Assembly (NCBI GenBank): GCA_963827685.1
Contig: CAWHBU010000002.1
Location: 1-64,000, forward strand
DNA length: 64,000 bases
Source: an uncultured delta proteobacterium
GTDB lineage: Bacteria; Desulfobacterota; BSN033; UBA1163
Reading direction: 5' to 3'
A program made the position numbers and the translations under genes. This document shows, piece after piece, positions 56,428 through 64,000 of this stretch. The notes beneath the pieces are model-generated. The model was given only the letters and a program-made list of their open reading frames with translations, was not told where the DNA came from and did no database searches. Numbering within the stretch: position 1 is the stretch's first letter; the number at the start of each line of letters is the position of its first letter.

Positions 56428-57405
56428 GTGAGTTCTAGAACTTACGCCATGGAAAAACACACTTTAGCGAAAAATGAGATAGTGGCTACAAGAAACACAT
56501 TCCCAATTTTAATATATTTTATTTTTTTTACGTTATTTACTATTATTTTCCCGATCATATTTAACAATAAATTTCTGCTTCATGTAGCAATATTAGCAAA
56601 TATATTTGCGTTGGTTGCTATCAGTTGGGATTTGTTATTTGGTTTTGTTGGAATTTTGAATTTGGCTCCGGCAGTGTTTTACGGCGCTGGCGCTTACACC
56701 GTGGGCTTTCTGACAAAATACTATCATATTTACCCCATTGGAGGGTTGATTATAGCTGGATGTGTTGGATTATTGCTCTCTCTTTTGTTGGGTTTACCCA
56801 GCCTCAGACTAAGAGGAGCCTATTACGCTATGGCTACTTTGGCTTTTTGCGCGGTACTTAATACCCTTGCTTTGGGCATGCCCAATATAACAGGTGGCGA
56901 GGAGGGCATTATTGGAATACCTTCCTTAATAAGTGAGACGAAATGGAATTTTTATTTTTCGTCATGTTTGGTATTTACTTGTGTTCTTGCCTTAAAGTAC
57001 ATGTTGAGCACAAAATTTGGCAGAAGACTCACCTCGATACGGGAAGACGAGATACTCAGTCAGGCAGCGGGAATTGATACTAGCAAATATAAGGTTATTG
57101 CCTCCACTGTTGGTGGGGTCATAGCGGGTTTGGCCGGAGGATATAGCTGCTATTATCTTAACAATGTCGCTCCAGAGGTTTTTTCTATTGCTTTTACCTT
57201 TTCTATAATTACGATTACTGTAACCGGGGGGATTGGAACCATAATTGGCCCGGTCATTGGTTCTTATTTGCTCACCTTTGCTAACGAAAATTTATTCATT
57301 ATTGGTCAATACCGGTTACTGGTTTATAGTGGAATCATTATATTCGTTATACTTTTTTCCCCTACAGGTATTATTGGTGTGGTAAAAAAATTAAAAGGGA
57401 ATTAA
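56428..57405 (+). CDS. LivM-like permease
   Basis: LRLRGAYYAMATL, TGGEEG, SIREDE, GGIGTIIGP. Confidence 0.9.
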   Translation: MSSRTYAMEKHTLAKNEIVATRNTFPILIYFIFFTLFTIIFPIIFNNKFLLHVAILANIFALVAISWDLLFGFVGILNLAPAVFYGAGAYTVGFLTKYYHIYPIGGLIIAGCVGLLLSLLLGLPSLRLRGAYYAMATLAFCAVLNTLALGMPNITGGEEGIIGIPSLISETKWNFYFSSCLVFTCVLALKYMLSTKFGRRLTSIREDEILSQAAGIDTSKYKVIASTVGGVIAGLAGGYSCYYLNNVAPEVFSIAFTFSIITITVTGGIGTIIGPVIGSYLLTFANENLFIIGQYRLLVYSGIIIFVILFSPTGIIGVVKKLKGN

Positions 57406-58137
57406 GTGATGCTTGAATTAAAAAACGTAAGCAAGAGTTTTAAAGGTTTAACTGCCTTGTTGAACGTCAGCCTTGAAGCCCAAAGAGGTGAGATTTTGGG
57501 CCTCATGGGTCCAAATGGAGCTGGGAAGACTACGCTAATAAACTTGATGAGCGGATTCCTTAAACCGACTTCAGGAGAAATAATTTGGAAAGGTGCTAAT
57601 ATCGAGAAATTGAAGCCTTATCATAGAGTGGTAAAAGGGATTTCAAGAACCTTTCAACAACCGAGGGTTTTTTTAAATATGAGCATATTCGATAACATAT
57701 ACGTCGGCTTACTTCCTTCCAATAAGTCGGGTTTATTTAAAAATAATAACCTTAAGGAGAGAGTGTTTGAAATTATTAAGAAAGTGAGTATATCTGACGC
57801 CCCTTCAACTTTGGGCAAAGATCTTGCGCATGACGAATTGAGAAAGTTGGAAATCGCTCGAGCTATAGCAACAGATCCAGAATTACTTCTATTAGACGAA
57901 ATTGTCTCAGGACTAACCGCTGAAGAAAGTAATGAAATTGGAGAAATCATTCGGATGCTTAATCGGGCCGGATTAACAATTATCATAATTGAGCATGTAA
58001 TGAGATTTCTTATGAATATTTCGCAAAGAGTAGTGGTTCTGGACCACGGTGAAAAACTTTGTGAAGGGAGCCCAGAGGAAATAAGCCGTAATCCCAAAGC
58101 TTTGGATGTATATTTTGGAGAAGAAAGCCTTGCTTAA
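57406..58137 (+). CDS. LivG-like ATP-binding protein
   Basis: GPNGAGKTT, LEIARA, LLDE, IEHVM. Confidence 0.9.
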   Translation: MMLELKNVSKSFKGLTALLNVSLEAQRGEILGLMGPNGAGKTTLINLMSGFLKPTSGEIIWKGANIEKLKPYHRVVKGISRTFQQPRVFLNMSIFDNIYVGLLPSNKSGLFKNNNLKERVFEIIKKVSISDAPSTLGKDLAHDELRKLEIARAIATDPELLLLDEIVSGLTAEESNEIGEIIRMLNRAGLTIIIIEHVMRFLMNISQRVVVLDHGEKLCEGSPEEISRNPKALDVYFGEESLA

Positions 58138-58837
58138 AATTGAAAATTGTTGGGTTTATTATCATAAAGCCTTAGCCCTTGAGGATATTTCTCTGGAGGT
58201 AATGGAAGGGGAGGCCGTGTCAATTCTAGGAGCCAACGGTGCTGGTAAAACCACTATTATAAGACTCATTTTAGGCTTTAAAAAACCCACCAAAGGCGGT
58301 GTTTTCTTCAACAATGAGTCGATCAGTGGGTTACCGCCCCACCGGATTGTAGCCCGAGGTATTAGTATTTCTCCAGAAGGAATGAGCTTAGCTTCAGAGA
58401 TGACAGTTATGGAGAATCTGGAGATGGGCGCCTATTTGATAAAGAACCGTCAAGTGAAAAAGGACACTCTTCACGAAATTTTTGAGATGTTTCCTGTTCT
58501 ATATCAGAGACGTAACCAACTTGCAGGTACCCTTAGTGGCGGAGAACGGCAAATGGTTGGGCTGGGACGAGCCTTCATGTCAAAGCCCAAACTTCTAATA
58601 TTGGATGAACCCTCCCTAGGGCTGGCGCCTTTGGTAAGAAAAGAGATTTTCAAGCAAATTGCGAAAATCAAATTGAAACACTTATCAGTATTACTGGCAG
58701 AACAGGAAGCAACTTTAGGTCTTACAGTAACCGACAGGTGTTATATCATTGAAAATGGTAAAAACGTACTAAGCGCAAATAGTAAAGAAATGATAAGCAA
58801 TGATTTTGTTCAAAGAGTCTATCTTGGCATGGGCTAA
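58106..58837 (+). CDS. LivF-like ATP-binding protein
   Basis: GANGAGKTT, LSGGERQM, LDEPSLGLAP; start may be ~58130. Confidence 0.9.
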   Translation: MYILEKKALLKIENCWVYYHKALALEDISLEVMEGEAVSILGANGAGKTTIIRLILGFKKPTKGGVFFNNESISGLPPHRIVARGISISPEGMSLASEMTVMENLEMGAYLIKNRQVKKDTLHEIFEMFPVLYQRRNQLAGTLSGGERQMVGLGRAFMSKPKLLILDEPSLGLAPLVRKEIFKQIAKIKLKHLSVLLAEQEATLGLTVTDRCYIIENGKNVLSANSKEMISNDFVQRVYLGMG

Positions 58838-58931
58838 TCATATTGTAATTCGAAATATTATAGATTTTTTGAAGAGCCCATTTGGGGACTAAAAATATCT
58901 GCACTTTTTATGGACAATTTAAAGGAGAGTA

Positions 58932-59801
58932 TTGAAGATGAGAGATTTTGAATATTTCAGAGTAGAGTCCTTGGACGAAGCAATTTTTCTTATGCGGAAG
59001 AACGGCCAAACCAAAATATTGGCCGGAGGTACAGATCTCATTCCGAAAATGAAGCGATACGAAATAAGCCCTAAAACTGTAATTGATATAAAAAGAATAC
59101 CTGACCTCCACAAATTTAAATGCAACGGGGACGGAAGCCTTTCAATTGGTCCGCTAGTTACTTTCTCGGATATCCTAGATGATCCTGTCATTAAGAGAAG
59201 TTATTTTATCCTTTACCAATCAGCAAAGGTTTTAGGGACGGCCCAGACAAGAAATCGCGCTACAATTGGTGGAAATATTTGTAATGGTTCTCCAGCTGGA
59301 GATAGCATTCCTCCATTAATTTGTTTGAATGCCCAGTTACGATTGATTAATCAAGAAGGTGAAAGGTGGATACCTGTTGAGCATTTTTTTGAAGGTCCTC
59401 AAAAAACTTGTGCGCGTTCAGATGAATTGTTATCTGAAATCAAAATCCCTCCTCTTCGACCAAACACCTTTGGGGTATACCTGAAATTAGGTGCCAGAAA
59501 AGCTTTAGAAATTGCTATCATAAGTATTGGTGTTTCGATCACTTTTAGTAAAGAAGTGAAAATCGTGGATGATATTAGAATCTCATTAGGTTCAGTTGCG
59601 CCTACCCCTATCCGTTGTAGGCAGGCAGAGAATATCTTAAAAGGGAGAGAGATTACAGAAGGTATTATTGAAAAGGCAAGTCTGGAAGTTCAAAAGAATA
59701 TCAACCCCATTTCTGATTTGAGGGGAACGTCTGAATACCGCTATGAAATGGCCTATATCTTAACTAAAAAAGCTTTTGAAGGTGTGTTAACAAAACAATG
59801 A
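58932..59801 (+). CDS. Xanthine dehydrogenase family FAD-binding subunit
   Basis: AGGTDL, RNRATIGGNICNGSPAGD, GSVAPTP, PISDLRGTSEYR. Confidence 0.92.
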   Translation: MKMRDFEYFRVESLDEAIFLMRKNGQTKILAGGTDLIPKMKRYEISPKTVIDIKRIPDLHKFKCNGDGSLSIGPLVTFSDILDDPVIKRSYFILYQSAKVLGTAQTRNRATIGGNICNGSPAGDSIPPLICLNAQLRLINQEGERWIPVEHFFEGPQKTCARSDELLSEIKIPPLRPNTFGVYLKLGARKALEIAIISIGVSITFSKEVKIVDDIRISLGSVAPTPIRCRQAENILKGREITEGIIEKASLEVQKNINPISDLRGTSEYRYEMAYILTKKAFEGVLTKQ

Positions 59802-60283
59802 GAGATGGAGGAAAAATGATAGGCAAGAAATCAATAAGAATTCAATTAAATCAAGAAGCAGTAGAATGTACTGTTGATGATAATATGACCTTATTAGATC
59901 TACTGCGAGATGTTTTGGATTTAACTGGCACTAAAAAAGGATGTGATACAGGTGAATGCGGCGCTTGTACTGTAATTTTAGATGGGAAAGCAGTTAATGC
60001 CTGCCTTGTTCTGGCAGTGGAAGCTGATGGTAGTAAGGTACAAACAATTGAGGGTATAGGAAAATTGAACTTAGATCCCCTCCAGATCTCTTTTGTTGAA
60101 AATGGAGCGATCCAATGTGGATTTTGTACCCCGGGTTTCATCATGTCAGCTAAGGCTTTATTGGACAGGAATCGTAAACCCAATGATGAAGAAATCAAGA
60201 CTGCTTTATCTGGAAACCTGTGCCGCTGCGGAAGCTATAATAAGATATTAACGGCGATCAACAAAGTTATTTCAAAGGAATGA
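59798..60283 (+). CDS. Xanthine dehydrogenase family 2Fe-2S subunit
   Basis: GTKKGCDTGECGACTV, QCGFCTPG, GNLCRCGSY. Confidence 0.93.
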   Translation: MRDGGKMIGKKSIRIQLNQEAVECTVDDNMTLLDLLRDVLDLTGTKKGCDTGECGACTVILDGKAVNACLVLAVEADGSKVQTIEGIGKLNLDPLQISFVENGAIQCGFCTPGFIMSAKALLDRNRKPNDEEIKTALSGNLCRCGSYNKILTAINKVISKE

Positions 60284-62631
60284 CTTCTTCGGAAAGAGGT
60301 GAAATTATGACCGTAAATAAGGATGAGTGCGATGTTATTGGAAAGAATCTTCCACGAATCGACGCACTTACTAAGGTTACGGGAGAGGCAAAGTATGTTT
60401 CTGACATCAAAGTGCCAGGGATGCTTTATGGAAAAATTCTGAGGAGTCCTTTACCACACGCCAGAATATTAAATATTGATACCACCCGTGCAGAGTGTTT
60501 AAATGGCGTAAAGTCGGTCATAACTTACAAAGATACATTGGGCAAAGTATTTGGCGTAACCATGCGTACGGCCAATAATCTCCTTTTGCAAAATGAAAAG
60601 GTGCGCTACGTGGGCGACCAGGTGGCAGCGGTGGCTGCTACTGATGAAGAAATAGCCTTGGAAGCTCTGTCCTTGATCAAAGTAGATTATGAGGAACTTC
60701 CCGGCGTCTTTAATCCATTTGAAGCCATGAAGCCTGAAGCACCCAAGATTCACAAAGAAGAAAACAACATTGCATTGAGTGCCTCCAGATCATTTGGGGA
60801 TATTGAAAAGGGTTTTGCCCAATCAGAGTTCATCGTTGAGGATGAATTTTATAGTCCTCCAATAGCCCACTGTTGTTTGGAGCCTCGGGGATGCGTAGCA
60901 TCTGTGGATGCATCAGGAAGGCTCACTGTTTGGTCAACAACTCAAACTCCCCATCCACTACGTGAGGAATTATCGGATGTACTTGGTATATCTATGGCGA
61001 AAATCAGGGTAATTCAGCAATTTATGGGTGGTGCTTTTGGCAGCCGAATGGGTATGGACCCAATAGATGGTATTACCTGCATCTTATCCACAAAGACTGG
61101 GAAACCTGTTCGGATTGTGAATACACGCGATGAAGAATTCTTGAGTTCAAGGATAAGATATCCCATGTGGATACGGTTAAAGACAGGGGTAAAAAGAAAT
61201 GGCCGGTTGCATGCCAGACAGGTGAACATAATTACTGATAATGGCGCCTACAATATGGAGGGCGATTCGGTTATCGGGAATGCACTTGGAAAGATTGCTC
61301 AGCTTTACGCAATTCCAAATGTGAAATATGAGGGGAAATTAGTATATACAAACAATGTATACGGAGGAGCCTGTCGAGGTTACGGGAATCCACAAATAAC
61401 TTACGCCATTGAGATCCAAATGGACAAGATAGCTGAGATCGTTAATATGGATCCCGCTGAGATAAGGCTGATGAATGCAAATGAACCAAACAGTACTACT
61501 GTTTCGGGATTGCAAATAACTAGTTGTGGATTAAAAGATTGTATCCGGAAAGTGGTTGAAATATCTGGATGGAAGGAAAAGCGGAGCCGAAAATCAAGCC
61601 AGCAATCATCTACACGTCGCGGCATTGGCATGGCTACTATGATTCATGGTGGCGCAGGTGTCAAATTTTTCTGGGGTGATAACTGCAATTTTTCAGCCTC
61701 AACTGTCAAGTTAAATAGCGATGGGACAGCTGATCTATTTACTGGGTCTGCAGAGTTGGGACAGGGTTCTAATACTGTGTTAGCGATGATTGCTGCTGAG
61801 GAGCTCGGCCTCAAGCTTGAAGACATTAATATTGTTAACGGCGACACTCTGATTACACCTCCCTGTCGCGGTGCTTGGGCTAGCCGCCAAACGTTTACAG
61901 CAGGGCTGGCAGTAAAACTAGCGTGTCAAGATGCCAAACGAAAACTCTTTGAATTTGCAAGCTATTTACTGGAGGCAAATTCAAAGGATCTGGTAGCTAA
62001 AGGTCGCAACATATTTGTGAAAGAGAATCCCTCAAAATCCATTCCATTAGTGAAGGCAGTAATGGAAGCTTACTTCAATATGGGAACTCCTATTATAGGT
62101 GAAGGTGTAAACGATGATCCATGGTCTGCGAAACCAGATCCAAAAACTGGAATGGGAAATCCTACCTCTGCCTATGCTTTTGCTACCCAGGCGGCGGAGG
62201 TCGAAGTAGATACTCAAACAGGGTATGTCAAGGTTATAAATATGTACTGCGCTCACGATGTTGGAAGGGCAATAAATCCTCTAATGGCTGAATGCCAAAT
62301 AGAAGGTGGTGTGTTATCCATGGGGATGGGATATGCACTTACTGAGAAACTGGTTATGGAAAATGGCGAAGTTAAGAATCGGAACTTCACCGACTATAGA
62401 ATTATGACAATGGCTGATAGTTGTAACATTCACACCATTCTGGTGGAAACAATGGATCCGAGGGGTCCTTTTGGGGCTAAAGGCGTTGGTGAGCCGGCTA
62501 TGATTCCAACTGCAGCAGCAATTGCGAATGCAATCTATGATGCCATTGGGGTGTGGATACTTGACCTTCCCGTTACCCCAGAAAAAATAGTCAAGGCAAT
62601 AAGGAATAAACAAGAATTGAAGGTTGTGTAG
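60280..62631 (+). CDS. Xanthine dehydrogenase family molybdopterin-binding subunit
   Basis: KVTGEAKY, RSPLPHA, GGAFGSR, GACRGYGNPQ, ELGQG, DVGRAINP, GAKGVGE. Confidence 0.93.
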   Translation: MTSSERGEIMTVNKDECDVIGKNLPRIDALTKVTGEAKYVSDIKVPGMLYGKILRSPLPHARILNIDTTRAECLNGVKSVITYKDTLGKVFGVTMRTANNLLLQNEKVRYVGDQVAAVAATDEEIALEALSLIKVDYEELPGVFNPFEAMKPEAPKIHKEENNIALSASRSFGDIEKGFAQSEFIVEDEFYSPPIAHCCLEPRGCVASVDASGRLTVWSTTQTPHPLREELSDVLGISMAKIRVIQQFMGGAFGSRMGMDPIDGITCILSTKTGKPVRIVNTRDEEFLSSRIRYPMWIRLKTGVKRNGRLHARQVNIITDNGAYNMEGDSVIGNALGKIAQLYAIPNVKYEGKLVYTNNVYGGACRGYGNPQITYAIEIQMDKIAEIVNMDPAEIRLMNANEPNSTTVSGLQITSCGLKDCIRKVVEISGWKEKRSRKSSQQSSTRRGIGMATMIHGGAGVKFFWGDNCNFSASTVKLNSDGTADLFTGSAELGQGSNTVLAMIAAEELGLKLEDINIVNGDTLITPPCRGAWASRQTFTAGLAVKLACQDAKRKLFEFASYLLEANSKDLVAKGRNIFVKENPSKSIPLVKAVMEAYFNMGTPIIGEGVNDDPWSAKPDPKTGMGNPTSAYAFATQAAEVEVDTQTGYVKVINMYCAHDVGRAINPLMAECQIEGGVLSMGMGYALTEKLVMENGEVKNRNFTDYRIMTMADSCNIHTILVETMDPRGPFGAKGVGEPAMIPTAAAIANAIYDAIGVWILDLPVTPEKIVKAIRNKQELKVV

Positions 62632-62697
62632 ATTCTTATAAGTCAAAAATTAATTAAATTTCATTGAATAGATATGTATGGACAGGACAATATTCAA

Positions 62698-63300
62698 ATG
62701 CTTACTGTAAAAGAAACAATTAAAAGTCGTTGTAGTATTAGAGACTTTCTACCCGATCCTATTATCCGATGAAACTGTGGACGAACTTCTGGAAGCCACA
62801 AGATTGGCACCGTCAGCCGGTTTTTAATTCTGCGCGATGGGGAACGCAAGTGAGCGTTGCAAGGGGCAGCTTATCAGCCATTTATTTAAAATGCTCCTCT
62901 TCTTTTCATCTGCTGTGCGGATCTTTTCGCTTTTACCAAAAATATTCGAAAGGAACGATTGTAAGAGTTAATCGATTGTGATGCGGTTGCTATCTCCAAT
63001 CTGGAAGAACATTTGGGAAAATTTCCTGGTATTGGAGTATTCAATTCGAAAGAAGATGCCTTAAAAGCGTTGGGTCAGGCTTATGTTAAATGTAGCTATT
63101 TCAATTGAACATATAGTTTTACTTGCTACTTCCATAGGATCAGGTACGTGCTGGATTCAACGAATAGATTGTAAACGGATAAAGAAGATTTTCGATTGCC
63201 AGGCAACATCAGTGTTATTGCTTTATTGCTGATCGGATATACTAAAAGCAAGTCTTCCCAGCGCCCTAGATTTTCGAGGGAAAAATTCTTCTTGGTGAAA
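62698..63300 (+). pseudogene. Decayed nitroreductase
   Basis: Fragments MLTVKETIKSRCSIRDF.., DELLEATRLAPSAG, NVAISIEHIVLLATSIGSGTCWI, IALLLIGY lie in different frames with stops. Confidence 0.7.
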
Positions 63301-63331
63301 CAATTTAACTATTAAGAAGGAAAAATTAACA

Positions 63332-64000
63332 ATGTCAAATAAAAAAAACATAAAAAAAGAAGAAGAAAGATGGGAAAATGATTGCCTGAGAGAAACATCT
63401 GGACGAAAAAAAGAATTTTTCACTGAATCGGGAATCCCAGTCAAGGCAGTTTACACTCCGATAGACTTAGATAGAATCAAATTCGATTACGAGAAAGATC
63501 TTGGGTTCCCTGGCCAATATCCTTTTACAAGGGGAAGAGAACCCTTAATGTATAGAGGAAATTTCTGGGTTCGAACACAATTCTCAGGTTTTGGCGATCC
63601 GCAGGACGCGAATCGTAGATATAAATACATTCTTGGTCAAGGGCAAAGTGCATTTTCGATCGCCTTAGACCTTGTCACCCAAAGCGGATATGATCCCGAT
63701 CATAAGCTTGCCCATGGAGAAATTGGCAAGACAGGTGTTTCTTTATGTTCGCTAAAGGACATGGAGGATTTATTGGATGGAATTCCTTGGAACAAAGTCG
63801 AAGAATTGAGTTGTGATGCAAAAATTATTTCCATGGTCATTACTGCCATGTATATTTGCTTGGCAAAGAAGCAGGGATTTTCACCCAATAAGATTAAAGT
63901 GAGAGTTCAAACAGATGGACTAAAAGATTTCATAGCCACCGGGAATTATATTTTCCCTCCAAAGGCAACCGTGAGGATAATCACAGACCTGATTCAATAC
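63332..64000 (+). CDS. B12-dependent mutase of the methylmalonyl-CoA mutase family, substrate-binding subunit (partial)
   Basis: Manual translation: TESGIPVKAVYTP, LGFPGQYPFTRG, MYRGNFWVRTQFSGFG, SIALDLVTQSGYDPD, GEIGKTGV, VQTDGLKDFIATGNYIFPP. Confidence 0.88.
   Translation, partial: MSNKKNIKKEEERWENDCLRETSGRKKEFFTESGIPVKAVYTPIDLDRIKFDYEKDLGFPGQYPFTRGREPLMYRGNFWVRTQFSGFGDPQDANRRYKYILGQGQSAFSIALDLVTQSGYDPDHKLAHGEIGKTGVSLCSLKDMEDLLDGIPWNKVEELSCDAKIISMVITAMYICLAKKQGFSPNKIKVRVQTDGLKDFIATGNYIFPPKATVRIITDLIQY

Noticed and set aside
60280-62631. Aerobic CO dehydrogenase (coxL)
   Set aside because: The active-site loop is GACRGYG, not the AYxCSFR of form I CoxL.

Overview
Accessory region that looks deltaproteobacterial (Desulfobacterota/Syntrophales-like gene content, inferred). 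1-8.7 kb holds FAD and Fe-S oxidoreductases plus a TPR/ABC/LolA-like/outer-membrane/LytS-LytTR module. The LytTR gene is cut at its 3' end by an unusual 3.1-kb element (8694-11831) that encodes two different DDE integrases and two HTH proteins inside one pair of imperfect IRs. From 13.3 to 40.8 kb, seven co-oriented copies of a ~200-bp non-coding repeat separate short, unrelated gene blocks. The repeat has a GGGGTC...GACCCC REP-like end, a leftward TTGACC-N17-TATATT promoter that is invariant in all six copies retaining it, and a GTAG-type hairpin end. It acts as an IS landing pad: six full IS1182 copies of two distinct types all sit directly after GGGG(T/G)C-N4-C with 4-bp TSDs, and an IS630 and an IS1202-like element also lie in repeat copies. 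Three decayed 3' ends of RAYT-like genes follow at 40.8-46 kb. 47-64 kb is an AT-richer, co-oriented anaerobic catabolic cluster (GntR, cupin, Mo/W-bisPGD enzyme, 6-hydroxynicotinate-reductase-like protein with UPF0280, amidase, ABC transporter, xanthine-dehydrogenase-family hydroxylase, atypical B12 mutase), suggesting a variant N-heterocycle degradation pathway. Several single-base frameshifts may be sequencing errors. All calls come from manual reading; no searches were run.
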